Positions 13,492 through 22,834 of a stretch of 64,000 nucleotides of DNA are shown piece by piece; the stretch's first letter is position 1, and every line of letters begins with the position of its first letter. The translations under genes were made by a program, and so were the position numbers. The notes under the pieces are model-generated. The model was not told where the DNA came from. It saw only the letters and a program-made list of their open reading frames with translations, and did not search any database. Origin of the DNA: Mycobacteriales bacterium (GTDB lineage: Bacteria; Actinomycetota; Actinomycetes; Mycobacteriales; SCTD01); assembly GCA_035526225.1 (NCBI GenBank), contig DATLCV010000088.1, positions 4,404 through 68,403 of the forward strand, read 5' to 3'.

Positions 13492-14097
13492 TCACCCGAT
13501 AGCCAGACGGATCACCCCGTAGTCGTACCCGTGCCGACGGTAGACGACGCTGGGCAAGCCGCTCTCCTTGTCCGAGAACAGGAAGAAGTCGTGGCCGACG
13601 AGCTCCATCTCGTGCAGAGCCTCCGGGGTGGTCATCGGGGTGGCCGGGTGGGTCTTGTCGCGGACGATCAGCGCGCCCGTCTCGTCGAGCTCGCCCTCGT
13701 TCTCCTCGTGAGCGGCCTCGGCCGAGGAGCCGTTGCGGGAGCCGGCGAGCGCGACCGCGAACTCCGCGGCGGACACAGGGGTGCGCGCGCCGTGGTGGAC
13801 CCGGCGGCGGTCATGGCTGCGGCGCAGCCGCCCCTCTAGCTTCAGGATCGCAGCGTCGAGCGCGGCGTAGAAGGTGTCGGCCGTGGCCTCAGCCCGGATG
13901 ACCGGCCCCTTGCCACGGACGGTGATCTCGATGCGCTGGCACTGCGCGGCCTGTCGTGGGTTCTTCTCGTGGAACAGCTCGACGTCGACGTGGTAGACGC
14001 GGGGGTCGAGTCGCTCGCACAGCGCGAGCTTCTCCTGGACGTGCACCCGGAAGTGCTCCGGGACCTCCACGTTGCGTCCCTTGACGACGATGTCCAC
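13492..14097 (-). CDS. hpf: ribosome hibernation-promoting factor (long HPF)
   Basis: GTG at 14097 has AAGGAG 6 nt upstream. The protein starts VDIVVKGRNVEVPEHFRVHVQEKL, and its C-terminal dimerisation domain reads HDFFLFSDKESGLPSVVYRRHGYDYGVIRL. Confidence 0.92.
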   Translation of the reverse strand: MDIVVKGRNVEVPEHFRVHVQEKLALCERLDPRVYHVDVELFHEKNPRQAAQCQRIEITVRGKGPVIRAEATADTFYAALDAAILKLEGRLRRSHDRRRVHHGARTPVSAAEFAVALAGSRNGSSAEAAHEENEGELDETGALIVRDKTHPATPMTTPEALHEMELVGHDFFLFSDKESGLPSVVYRRHGYDYGVIRLAIG

Positions 14098-14228
14098 GCG
14101 TTGCTCCTTGGGGGATGAGCTGGAGTGCTGGCGCCCCGCCGCGCGGCGGTGGGTGAGCCTCCTCTCAGGCGGCAGTGCCCACGTGGGGCGGCGCCGGCCG
14201 GTGCCCTCGAAAGGCACCTGATCAGACG

Positions 14229-14924
14229 CTAACCCTGATCGTGCGGCTGGTGAAGGGGTGAGCCCCTTCCGGGTGAATTGCGGCGAGCCGTCGCGCCCAG
14301 CACAGCGGCACCCAGCACGTCATGGCCGTCCTGCCGCAGGGCACGAGCGGCCTCGACGAGCGTCGCACCCGTGGTCATGACGTCGTCGACAACGACGACG
14401 CGGCACGGCGGGGCACCCGTGCCCCGCAGGGCACCGGCGAGGTTGGCCGCCCGCTGCGCGGCCCCGAGGCCGCTCTGGTCCGCCACCACGCGCGCCGGCA
14501 CGAGCAGCCTCGTCACCGTCGCCGGCACCCCTCGGCGCCGCAGCCCGTGCCCTGCTCCTCGGGCGAGGCGCTGTCCGTGGTCGTAGCCGCGGTGCCGCAC
14601 GGCCGAGCGCGAGCTGGGGACCGGGCAGAGCACCACAGGCCCCTGCGCGAGGCCGGTCACGACCGCGGCCAGCGCGTCCCCGAGCGGCGCGCTCAGCGCG
14701 AGCGCACCGCGCTCCTTGTGCGCGAGCACCAGCGCCTTCAGCGCGCCGTCGTAGGGCCCGAGGGCGCGGACCTGCGGCAGGCCTGGCGGGCACGGGTCCG
14801 GGCGCACCTGCCCGTGGGGGACGGCGCGCAGCACCGACGCGCACGCGGAGCAGAGCAGCCGGCCAGACGCCCCGCACCCGGCGCACGGCCGTGGCAGGAC
14901 GAGGTCGAGGAGGTCGTCGAGCAC
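14229..14924 (-). CDS. ComF-family phosphoribosyltransferase-domain protein
   Basis: GTG at 14924 (VLDDLLDLVLP). It has N-terminal CAGCG...CSAC zinc-finger-like pairs and the PRPP-binding motif VVVVDDVMTTGATL. The longer ORF N-terminus is Arg/Gly junk overlapping lpqB. Confidence 0.85.
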   Translation of the reverse strand: MLDDLLDLVLPRPCAGCGASGRLLCSACASVLRAVPHGQVRPDPCPPGLPQVRALGPYDGALKALVLAHKERGALALSAPLGDALAAVVTGLAQGPVVLCPVPSSRSAVRHRGYDHGQRLARGAGHGLRRRGVPATVTRLLVPARVVADQSGLGAAQRAANLAGALRGTGAPPCRVVVVDDVMTTGATLVEAARALRQDGHDVLGAAVLGATARRNSPGRGSPLHQPHDQG

Positions 14925-14989
14925 GGGAGCAGCCTCTCCGCTCCGCCGCACCTGTGCCCGCGGGGTCGGCGGGCTGTGGGTCTGTGGGC

Positions 14990-16699
14990 TCAGCCCGGGA
15001 AGACCGGCGCTCGCGCGCTGTCCGCCTGCACCCTCCGGAACGGCCCGCCCTGCGACCGGTAGAGGCGACCCCCGGACACGAGCACCACACCCGCGGCCGA
15101 CGCCGCGACCTGGGTCGGGGCCAGCCCGGCCGTGTTCAGCACCTGCACCGACGAGCCGTCCACCGACACGCGCGCGACCTGCGGGGCGCGGGTGAGCACG
15201 CCGATCACCACGAGCTCGGTGCTGGAGGACCAGCACAGCGCGCGCACGTCGTGCAGCGACGCCAGCACCGCGCTCAGACCGACGACGCGCGGCCCGCCGG
15301 CCGCCAGCTCCACCCGACCGACGTACAGGCGGCCGGCGACGACCAGAGCCGCGCGGGCGCCGTCGCGGGACAGCCTCAGGGAGGAGACCGGACCGGCGGG
15401 GAGCCCAGGGACGGCGACGGGGCTGAGCCCGCGCCCGGCGACGCGGACGACCTCACGGCCCGAGCGCACGAGCCACAGGCCGAGGTCTCCCGATCCCCAG
15501 CTCGGGGAGGTGAGGGCTGGACCGCGGGCGACGACCGGGAAGGACCGTCCGCGCAGGGGCCCGACCCGGACGGTGGTGACCGCCGTACCCGGTCCTTCGA
15601 GCAGAGCCACCCTCGTCCGGTCCGGCGTCACCGCGGCCTCGTCGACGGCGACCGCCCGGCCGTCGCCGACGTCGCCTGCCGTCGCAGCACCGGCTGGGAG
15701 CTCGACGGACGCACGCAGGCGCCGGGCGGAGCTGAAGAAGTACGGCGGGTTCGGCCCGAGTCCCTCGGGGTCGTAGGTGTCCCACGCCCCGGCGCCCTGC
15801 ACCTCGTCCTCACCCGGGACCTCGAGAGGTCGGCCGTCGACGAGAAGGCGCAGGCTGCGGAAGGCGGTGCCCAGCGAGCGCAGGGTCCAGACCAGCTGCG
15901 CCGACAGCTCCTGGGCGAGGAGGCCGACCGGCCGCGTCCGCACGCCGGTCAGGTCCACCGTGACGACCCCGGAGGAGGACAGCTCCACGTCGCGCAGGCG
16001 AGCACCGTCCGGCACAGCGGTCGTCACGCTGCCGGCCAGCGCCAGGGAGGGTGGCCGCAGCAGCCTGGCGACCAGCGTCCGGGCCAGGTCACCGCCGAGC
16101 GGCAGGAACACCTGGTCCGGCACGAGGTGCGGGAGCTCACCCGGGGCCTGCGGCGCGAGGTAGTAGACGGGTTGGGGAGCGAAGGCCCGCTGGCGGTCCG
16201 CCGCAGTGAGGCGCAGGCCCTCCGGCACGTCGTCGAGCTGCCAGTCGCCGCCTGCGCGCACCAGCCCGTAGTCCTCCACCACTCCCGCGCCGGGCAGGGC
16301 GACGTACGAGCCGTCGGCACGAACCCGTCCGGTCACGCGCGTGACGACCCGAACGACGGCCGTGCCCGCCGGCCCCCCGGGGAGGAGCCGGACCTCGAGC
16401 CGATCGGGGTCGTAGACCTGCACCTCGACGTCGTCGCTCCAGCTCGTCCGCTCGCGGGCGCTGAGAAAACGGCGTGCGATCGCGTGCCTGCCCTCTGCGC
16501 TGGCCTGCGCGCCGAGGAAGCCGAGGACCGCCTCGACCGGGGTGGCACCGGGCCGCGGGCCGGGCGGGATCACCTGGAGCACGCCGCCTCGGCGCTGCTC
16601 GGGCAAGACCTCCCCCACCGACTGCACACCGCGCGGCAGCGGCAGGGAGCAGCCCGTGAGGAGCAGCACGAGCGCCACCGGGGCGGCGGCGCCTCTCAC
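14990..16699 (-). CDS. lpqB: lipoprotein LpqB
   Basis: GTG at 16699 overlaps the mtrB stop (GTGA, 16696-16699). The lipoprotein signal is VRGAAAPVALVLLLTGC. It sits directly downstream of mtrB, as in other actinobacteria. Confidence 0.9.
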   Translation of the reverse strand: MRGAAAPVALVLLLTGCSLPLPRGVQSVGEVLPEQRRGGVLQVIPPGPRPGATPVEAVLGFLGAQASAEGRHAIARRFLSARERTSWSDDVEVQVYDPDRLEVRLLPGGPAGTAVVRVVTRVTGRVRADGSYVALPGAGVVEDYGLVRAGGDWQLDDVPEGLRLTAADRQRAFAPQPVYYLAPQAPGELPHLVPDQVFLPLGGDLARTLVARLLRPPSLALAGSVTTAVPDGARLRDVELSSSGVVTVDLTGVRTRPVGLLAQELSAQLVWTLRSLGTAFRSLRLLVDGRPLEVPGEDEVQGAGAWDTYDPEGLGPNPPYFFSSARRLRASVELPAGAATAGDVGDGRAVAVDEAAVTPDRTRVALLEGPGTAVTTVRVGPLRGRSFPVVARGPALTSPSWGSGDLGLWLVRSGREVVRVAGRGLSPVAVPGLPAGPVSSLRLSRDGARAALVVAGRLYVGRVELAAGGPRVVGLSAVLASLHDVRALCWSSSTELVVIGVLTRAPQVARVSVDGSSVQVLNTAGLAPTQVAASAAGVVLVSGGRLYRSQGGPFRRVQADSARAPVFPG

Positions 16700-18171
16700 G
16701 CGCGCACCTGCGGCCGGAGCGCCAGCGGGCTCTCCCCCACGGGATCCCCGACGACGTGGGGCAGGGTGAGGCGGAAGGCGGCGCCCTGGCCCGGTGCGCC
16801 CCATGCCTGGAGCGTGCCGCCGTGCAGCCGGGCGTCCTCGAGGGCGATGGCGAGGCCGAGACCACTGCCGCCCGTCGTACGGGCACGCGAGGGATCGCCG
16901 CGCCAGAAGCGCGTGAAGACCAGGGCTGCCTCACCCGGTGCGAGGCCGACGCCGTGGTCGCGCACCAGCACCGCCACGCCACCGTCTCCGTCGGCGACCG
17001 TCACCTCGACCGGCCCGCCCTCGCCGTGCTCGACCGCGTTCACGAGCAGGTTGCGGACGATGCGCTCGACCCGCACGTGGTCGATCTCGGCGACGGCCGG
17101 ACCGGCGCTGTGCACCTCGACCGTGCTGCCCTTGCGGTCCGCGAGCGGACGCGTGGCGTCCACCACGCGGTGCACCAGCGCCACCAGGTCCTGGCGCTCC
17201 GGGTCGAGCGAAGCGGCCCCCGCGTCGTACCGGGAGATCTCGAGCAGGTCGATGAGCAGCTCCTCGAAGCGGTCGAGCTCCTTCTGCAGCAGCTCCGCGC
17301 TGCGCGCTGCCGGCGGGTCCAGGTCGGCACGCCGCTCGTGCAGGACGTCGGCGGCCATCCGCACCGTCGTCAGGGGGGTACGGAGCTCGTGGCTGACGTC
17401 GGAGACGAAGCGCCGCTGCACCCGCGAGAGGTCCTCCAGCTGCCGGATCTGCGTCTGCAGGGCCGAGGCCATGCTGTTGAACGTCGTCGCCAGGCGGGCG
17501 ATCTCGTCCTCCCCCTTGACGGTCATCCGCTCCTCGAGCCGCCCGGCCGCGAGGCGCTCGGCGGTGCGGGCCGCCATCCGCACGGGTAGCACGACCTGGC
17601 GCGTCACCAGCCCCGCGATGAGGGCCAGCAGCAGCACGAGCAGCAGTCCCGCGACAGCGGCGGTACGGCGGACCAACCCGAGCGTCTCGTCTTCCGCCGT
17701 GAGCGGGAACAGGTGGTAGAGCTGGTACGGGCCGAGGTCGGTCGTCAGGGTGGCCCCCACGACCAGCGCGTCGCGGTCGTGGACGGTGTCGTAGACGTAC
17801 GCGGACTGCGCGCCGCGCTCGAGCGCCTCGACGAGCCTGGCCGGCACGTCCTCGAGCCGTGTCCCCTTGGTGCCGAAGGAGGTGGCGTCGCCGCCGGCCG
17901 GGACCACGAGCACGGTGTACTGGTCGCCGCTCTGCCCGCGCTGGACCAAGGCGTTCGCGATGCCCTGCAGCCGGGCCCCGAGCGCCTGCGGGCTCGACCC
18001 CGCGCCGACCGCGAGGGCGTCCTCGGCCTGCGCCAGACCCGACTGCGCCTCGGTGAGGGCGACCTGCGTCTTGGCGCTGACCAGGCCCCGCCCGACCTGG
18101 CCGAGCAGGAGCGAGGCCAGCAGCGCGACCACGACCCCGCTGACGACAAGCGTCGTCACGACGACGCGCAT
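16696..18171 (-). CDS. mtrB: sensor histidine kinase MtrB (true start probably upstream of 18171, see findings)
   Basis: H-box SDVSHELRTPLTT, HAMP-like segment, and G-boxes DHGVGL and GSGLGLAIALEDARLHGG. There are two TM segments. The in-frame sequence upstream of the ATG (ARWRRSLQ) still looks like MtrB. Confidence 0.9.
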   Translation of the reverse strand: MRVVVTTLVVSGVVVALLASLLLGQVGRGLVSAKTQVALTEAQSGLAQAEDALAVGAGSSPQALGARLQGIANALVQRGQSGDQYTVLVVPAGGDATSFGTKGTRLEDVPARLVEALERGAQSAYVYDTVHDRDALVVGATLTTDLGPYQLYHLFPLTAEDETLGLVRRTAAVAGLLLVLLLALIAGLVTRQVVLPVRMAARTAERLAAGRLEERMTVKGEDEIARLATTFNSMASALQTQIRQLEDLSRVQRRFVSDVSHELRTPLTTVRMAADVLHERRADLDPPAARSAELLQKELDRFEELLIDLLEISRYDAGAASLDPERQDLVALVHRVVDATRPLADRKGSTVEVHSAGPAVAEIDHVRVERIVRNLLVNAVEHGEGGPVEVTVADGDGGVAVLVRDHGVGLAPGEAALVFTRFWRGDPSRARTTGGSGLGLAIALEDARLHGGTLQAWGAPGQGAAFRLTLPHVVGDPVGESPLALRPQVRA

Positions 18172-18269
18172 CTGCAGGGAGCGCCGCCACCGCGCCAGGG
18201 CTCGACCTGCCTCGTGCGAGAGCCGGCCCCAGGGCCAGGTCCGGGCGCCGCTGCCGCTCGCGGTGTCGC

Positions 18270-18953
18270 TCAGCCCGGGCCTGCCTTGTACCCCACGCCG
18301 CGAACCGTGAGCACGACGCTGGGGTGCTCGGGGTCGCGCTCGACCTTGGCGCGCAGCCGCTGCACGTGCACGTTCACCAGCCGGGTGTCCGCGGCATGGC
18401 GGTAGCCCCAGACCTGCTCGAGCAGCACCTCACGGGTGAACACCGTCTTCGGACGCCGTGCCAGAGCGAGGAGCAGGTCGAACTCCAGCGGGGTCAGCGA
18501 GATCTGCACGCCGGCGCGCACGACGGAGTGGCCGGGGACGTCGATGTGCACCGGGTCGTCCTCCGGCCCGATCGTCAGCTCCTCGGCCTCCCCCTCGTGG
18601 GTGCGCAGCCGGGCCCGGACCCGGGCGATGAGCTCCTTGGGCTTGAACGGCTTGACGACGTAGTCGTCGGCGCCCGACTCCAGGCCGAGCACGACGTCGG
18701 TGGTGTCGCCCTTGGCGGTCAGCATCACGATGGGGACGCCGCTCTCCGCGCGGATCTGCCGGCAGACCTCGATCCCGTCGGTGCCGGGGAGCATGAGGTC
18801 GAGCAGGACGACGTCGGGCTTCTCGCGGCGGAACGCGCCGAGCGCCGCGTCGCCGTCGGAGACGAACGCCGGCTCGAACCCCTCGCCGCGAAGCACGATG
18901 CCGAGCATCTCGGCCAGGGCGGGGTCGTCGTCGACCACCAGGACACGGCTCAT
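18270..18953 (-). CDS. mtrA: OmpR-family response regulator MtrA
   Basis: ATG at 18953 (MSRVLVVDDDPALAEML). Receiver motif DVVLLDLMLPGTDG, and a winged helix LTPLEFDLLLALARRP...RLVNVHVQRLRAKVE. Confidence 0.95.
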   Translation of the reverse strand: MSRVLVVDDDPALAEMLGIVLRGEGFEPAFVSDGDAALGAFRREKPDVVLLDLMLPGTDGIEVCRQIRAESGVPIVMLTAKGDTTDVVLGLESGADDYVVKPFKPKELIARVRARLRTHEGEAEELTIGPEDDPVHIDVPGHSVVRAGVQISLTPLEFDLLLALARRPKTVFTREVLLEQVWGYRHAADTRLVNVHVQRLRAKVERDPEHPSVVLTVRGVGYKAGPG

Positions 18954-19026
18954 GGCTCCATCCTGGCACCCGGCGGGCCGAGGAAGCGTGGAACGATGAG
19001 CCCGCAGCACGCGACGAAGGAGGCAC

Positions 19027-20118
19027 ATGACCCAGCCGCCCGAGGGGTGGAGCACCCCCGGGGGCCCCGCTCCTGAGCCGCCACCGCCCTACACCTACGG
19101 CTACGGCACGCCGCCGCCTCCTCCTGCGCACCCCTCCGCCCCTCCGGCGCCACCGCCCCCGCCGTGGGCCCAAGCCGGCTGGGGCCAGCCCGGCTTCGGC
19201 GCCCCCGCGGTGACCCCGGGGGTGGTGCCCCTGCGGCCGCTCACCCTCGGGGAGCTGCTCGACGGGGCGGTGAAGGTGGTTCGGCGATACCCCCGTCCGA
19301 CGCTCGGGATGTCCGGGCTGCTGGCCCTTGTGACGACCCTGCTCAACGTGCTCGCCGTACTCGCTCAGGACTACAGCTCTTTCGCCGACGGCCTCACCAG
19401 CGACGGCTCGAGCTCGGGCGACGCGGCGATCGGTGGCAACCTCGCGAGCCTCCCCGCCAACGTCGTGGGCCTGCTCGCCGGCATCGTCCTCACCGGCTTC
19501 CTGATCGCGGTGGTGGGCAAGGCCGTGCTCGGCCGCCCGACGACGTTCGGCGAGGTCTGGCAGCAGGTCCGCGGCCGGGTCCTCGCCCTGATCGGCCTCG
19601 CGCTCCTCACCGGGCTGCTGACGTTCGTGCCGCTGGCGGTCGGCATCCTGCTCGCCGTGCTCCTCGGGTTCTTGTCGCCTTGGCTGCTCCTGCTCGGCGT
19701 ACCGCTCGCCCTGGCCTCCGCAGCCCTCGGCGTCTACCTCTACGTCCGGCTGTCGTTGGCGCCGGCGGTGCTCGTCCTCGAGCACGCCGGGATCCGCACC
19801 GCCATGGACCGCAGCGGGGTCCTGGTGAAAAGCGACTGGTGGCGGGTGTTCGGCATCCTGCTGCTGGTGCAGGTCATCGCCGGCTTCGTCTCGAGCGTTC
19901 TCACGGTGCCCTTCATCGTCATCGCCGGCGTCAACGCCTTCGCCAACCCCGACGCGGGCAGCTTCACGCTCCTGTTCGTCGTGTCCCAGATCGGCGCGGG
20001 CCTCGCGACGCTGCTGGTCGCGCCGTTCGCCGCCGGCGCGCGCGGGCTGCTGTACGTCGACCGGCGCATGCGCGCCGAGGGGCTCGACCTCACGCTGCAG
20101 GCGGCGGCGCGGGCGTGA
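19027..20118 (+). CDS. polytopic membrane protein with Pro-rich N-terminus (first gene of the MoxR module)
   Basis: ATG at 19027 follows GAAGGAGG. The N-terminal ~65 aa are Pro/Gly-rich, followed by about six hydrophobic helices. From memory it resembles proteins annotated as carrying a glycerophosphodiester-phosphodiesterase membrane domain. Confidence 0.7.
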   Translation: MTQPPEGWSTPGGPAPEPPPPYTYGYGTPPPPPAHPSAPPAPPPPPWAQAGWGQPGFGAPAVTPGVVPLRPLTLGELLDGAVKVVRRYPRPTLGMSGLLALVTTLLNVLAVLAQDYSSFADGLTSDGSSSGDAAIGGNLASLPANVVGLLAGIVLTGFLIAVVGKAVLGRPTTFGEVWQQVRGRVLALIGLALLTGLLTFVPLAVGILLAVLLGFLSPWLLLLGVPLALASAALGVYLYVRLSLAPAVLVLEHAGIRTAMDRSGVLVKSDWWRVFGILLLVQVIAGFVSSVLTVPFIVIAGVNAFANPDAGSFTLLFVVSQIGAGLATLLVAPFAAGARGLLYVDRRMRAEGLDLTLQAAARA

Positions 20119-20738
20119 GGCTGCCTCCGCTGCAGGACCTGCCGGGCCGCGACGAGGCCCGCGAGGCGGCGCAGCGGGAGCTGGCCCACCACCGCTACCG
20201 CGCCGCAGAGCCGCCGTGGTTCGTGCGGCTCGTGAGGTGGCTGCTGCGCCAGCTCGACGAGCTGCTGGGCCGGGCGAGCGATCACCTTCCCGGGGGCGGC
20301 TGGGGCCTGCTTGTGCTCTTCCTCCTCCTCGTCGGCCTGGCAGCGGTCGTCGTCGTCAAGCTGCGACCCACCGCGCGCGGCGTGGGTGGGGCCCTGTTGT
20401 TCGACGGCGGCGGCGCGCTCACCGCCGACCAGCACCGAGCCCTCGCCGACCGCGCCGCCGCGCGCGGCGAGCACGCCGAGGCGGTGCGGGAGCGGCTGCG
20501 CGCCGTGGTGCGCGAGCTCGAGGCGCGTGGGGTCGTCGAGCCGCGCCCGGGGCGGACCGCCGACGAGGTCGCACTCGAGGCCGGGCGCGTGCTGCCCGCC
20601 GCCGCCGCCGCGCTGCGCGATGGCGCCCGGCTCTTCGACGAGGTCTGGTACGGCGGTCGCACCGCCGATGCGTCGTCGTACGCCGTGCTGGTCGCCTTGG
20701 ACGAGCGCGTCGTGGCGACCCGGCTGGTGCCGGCGTGA
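20115..20738 (+). CDS. DUF4129-like protein
   Basis: GTG at 20115 overlaps the upstream stop (GTGA). One TM (GLLVLFLLLVGLAAVVVV) is followed by HAEAVRERLRAVVRELEARGVVEPRPGRTADEV and DEVWYGGR, as I recall for DUF4129. Confidence 0.6.
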   Translation: MRLPPLQDLPGRDEAREAAQRELAHHRYRAAEPPWFVRLVRWLLRQLDELLGRASDHLPGGGWGLLVLFLLLVGLAAVVVVKLRPTARGVGGALLFDGGGALTADQHRALADRAAARGEHAEAVRERLRAVVRELEARGVVEPRPGRTADEVALEAGRVLPAAAAALRDGARLFDEVWYGGRTADASSYAVLVALDERVVATRLVPA

Positions 20739-21850
20739 GCGGCTGGTGGCGTCGCAACCGCCTTGCGGCGCTGCTGGCGGCCGCGGTCGTCGCGGTGCTG
20801 GGCCTCGCCGTCGTCGTGGCCGGCCAGGGACCCCGTGGGGTGCTGGACCCCGACGGGTACGACCCCTCCGGTGCGCACGCCCTGCAGGTCCTGCTCGAGC
20901 AGCAGGGCGTCACGGTCACCCGCACGACGGACGTGCCCACCACGGTGCAGTCGGCGTCGACCGCCACCACGGTCTTCGTCCCGCTCCCGTCGCTGCTCAG
21001 CACCGAGGAGCTGCAGGCGGTGGCGTCACTGCCCGGTGGCCTCGTCGTCGCCGAGGCCGACCAGGAAGCCCTCACGGCGCTGGGCGTGACGGCTCAGGTC
21101 GTCGGGCTGGACGAGACGCGCGACCGCGACCCCGGCTGCCACGACGACGTGGCGGTGCGCGCCGGGCGCGCTGTCGTGGGCGGCTTCGCCTACCGCCTCG
21201 ATGGCGCTGTGTCCTGCTACGAGGCTGACGGCGGCGGCTTCCTCGTGCGCAGCGACCGCATCGCACTGCTCGGCGCAGCCGACGCGCTGACGAACGCCCA
21301 CCTCGACGAGGAGGGCAACGCCGCGCTGGCGGTGGGCTTGCTCGCCCAGCAACGGCAGGTGCTGTGGCTCGTCCCGTCCCCGACCCGCGCCGCCTTCGGT
21401 GAGCGGCCGGTGGGCAGCGCCGACGACCTCCTTCCGCGCTGGCTGACACTGACGCGCTGGCAGCTGCTGGTCGCCGCCGGCGTCCTCGCCCTGTGGCGCG
21501 GGCGGCGCCTCGGCCGCGTGGTGCTCGAGCGGCTGCCGGTGGTCGTCCGGGCCTCCGAGACGGTGGAGGGGCACGGTCGCCTCTACCACTCGGCCGGGGC
21601 GCGGGACGTCGCCGCCGAGGCCCTGCGCGAACCGGCGCGACGGGCCCTGACGCGGCTGGCGCACGGCGGCTCCGTCACCCCCGAAGTGCTCGTGGAGCTT
21701 GCCGCCGGCCGCAGCGGGCGAGACCCCGCCGCCGTGCGGTCCCTGCTGTACGGTCCCACCCCCACCGACGACGCCGCGCTCGTGCGGCTGGCCCACAGCC
21801 TCGACGCGCTCGCGCACGAGGCACTGACCCGAGAGGGAGCCGGCACGTGA
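20735..21850 (+). CDS. DUF4350-like membrane-anchored protein
   Basis: GTG at 20735 overlaps the upstream stop (GTGA). It has an N-terminal TM, an extracytoplasmic domain (YDPSGAHALQVLLEQQGVTV) and a second TM (WQLLVAAGVLALW). The family name is from memory. Confidence 0.6.
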   Translation: MSGWWRRNRLAALLAAAVVAVLGLAVVVAGQGPRGVLDPDGYDPSGAHALQVLLEQQGVTVTRTTDVPTTVQSASTATTVFVPLPSLLSTEELQAVASLPGGLVVAEADQEALTALGVTAQVVGLDETRDRDPGCHDDVAVRAGRAVVGGFAYRLDGAVSCYEADGGGFLVRSDRIALLGAADALTNAHLDEEGNAALAVGLLAQQRQVLWLVPSPTRAAFGERPVGSADDLLPRWLTLTRWQLLVAAGVLALWRGRRLGRVVLERLPVVVRASETVEGHGRLYHSAGARDVAAEALREPARRALTRLAHGGSVTPEVLVELAAGRSGRDPAAVRSLLYGPTPTDDAALVRLAHSLDALAHEALTREGAGT

Positions 21851-22830
21851 CCAGCCCCAAGACGACCCGTTCCCGACGCGCTCGCACGAACGACCCCCGC
21901 GAGGCGCTCGTCGCCCTGCGTGCCGAGGTCGCGAAAGCCGTCATCGGGCAGGACGCCGCCGTCACGGGCCTGGTGGTGGCGCTGCTGTGCCGCGGTCACG
22001 TGCTGCTCGAGGGCGTGCCGGGGGTGGCCAAGACCCTGCTGGTCCGTGCGCTCGCCGCGTCCCTGTCGCTGGAGAGCAAGCGCGTGCAGTTCACCCCCGA
22101 CCTGATGCCCGGCGACGTCACCGGCTCGCTGGTGTTCGACGCCCGCACAGCGAAGTTCGACTTCCGAGCCGGGCCGGTGTTCACCAACCTGCTGCTCGCC
22201 GACGAGATCAACCGCACGCCCCCGAAGACCCAGGCCTCGCTGCTCGAGGCGATGGAGGAGCGGCAGGTCTCCGTGGACGGTGCTCCGCGGCCGCTGCCCG
22301 ACCCCTTCATGGTCTGCGCGACGCAGAACCCCGTGGAGTACGAGGGCACCTACCCGTTGCCCGAGGCGCAGCTCGACCGCTTCCTGTTGAAGCTGACGGT
22401 GCCGCTGCCCAGCCGCGAGGACGAGCTCCGGGTGCTGCAGGCGCACGACGGCGGCTTCGACCCCCGGGACCTGTCAGCGCTGCAGGCCGTCGCGTCGGCC
22501 GCCGACCTGCAGGCGGCGCGCACGCTGGTCCGCGACGTCACCGTCAGCCCCGAGGTCATGGGCTACGTCGTCGACGTCTGCCGGGCGACCCGCACCTCCC
22601 CCTCACTGCAGCTGGGCGTCTCGCCCCGTGGCGCCACCGCCCTGCTCGCGACCTCGAAGGCGTGGGCGTGGCTGTCCGGTCGCGACTACGTCACCCCCGA
22701 CGACGTGAAGGCACTCGCCCGCCCGGCGCTGCGGCACCGCGTGGCGCTGCGCCCTGAGGCCGAGCTCGAGGGCGGCACGTCCGACGGCGTCCTCGAGGGT
22801 GTGCTGGCCGCCGTACCGGTGCCCAGGTGA
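21847..22830 (+). CDS. MoxR-family AAA+ ATPase
   Basis: GTG at 21847 overlaps the upstream stop (GTGA). Walker A is LLEGVPGVAKTLL and Walker B is LLLADEINRTPPKTQASLLEAMEE. The segment ATQNPVEYEGTYPLPEAQLDRF is typical of MoxR (AAA_3). Confidence 0.93.
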   Translation: MTSPKTTRSRRARTNDPREALVALRAEVAKAVIGQDAAVTGLVVALLCRGHVLLEGVPGVAKTLLVRALAASLSLESKRVQFTPDLMPGDVTGSLVFDARTAKFDFRAGPVFTNLLLADEINRTPPKTQASLLEAMEERQVSVDGAPRPLPDPFMVCATQNPVEYEGTYPLPEAQLDRFLLKLTVPLPSREDELRVLQAHDGGFDPRDLSALQAVASAADLQAARTLVRDVTVSPEVMGYVVDVCRATRTSPSLQLGVSPRGATALLATSKAWAWLSGRDYVTPDDVKALARPALRHRVALRPEAELEGGTSDGVLEGVLAAVPVPR

Positions 22831-22834
22831 GCCC

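Noticed and set aside
14891-17719. 942-aa ORF on the plus strand
   Set aside because: It is antisense to lpqB and mtrB. It has no motifs and an Arg/Pro/Gly-rich composition.
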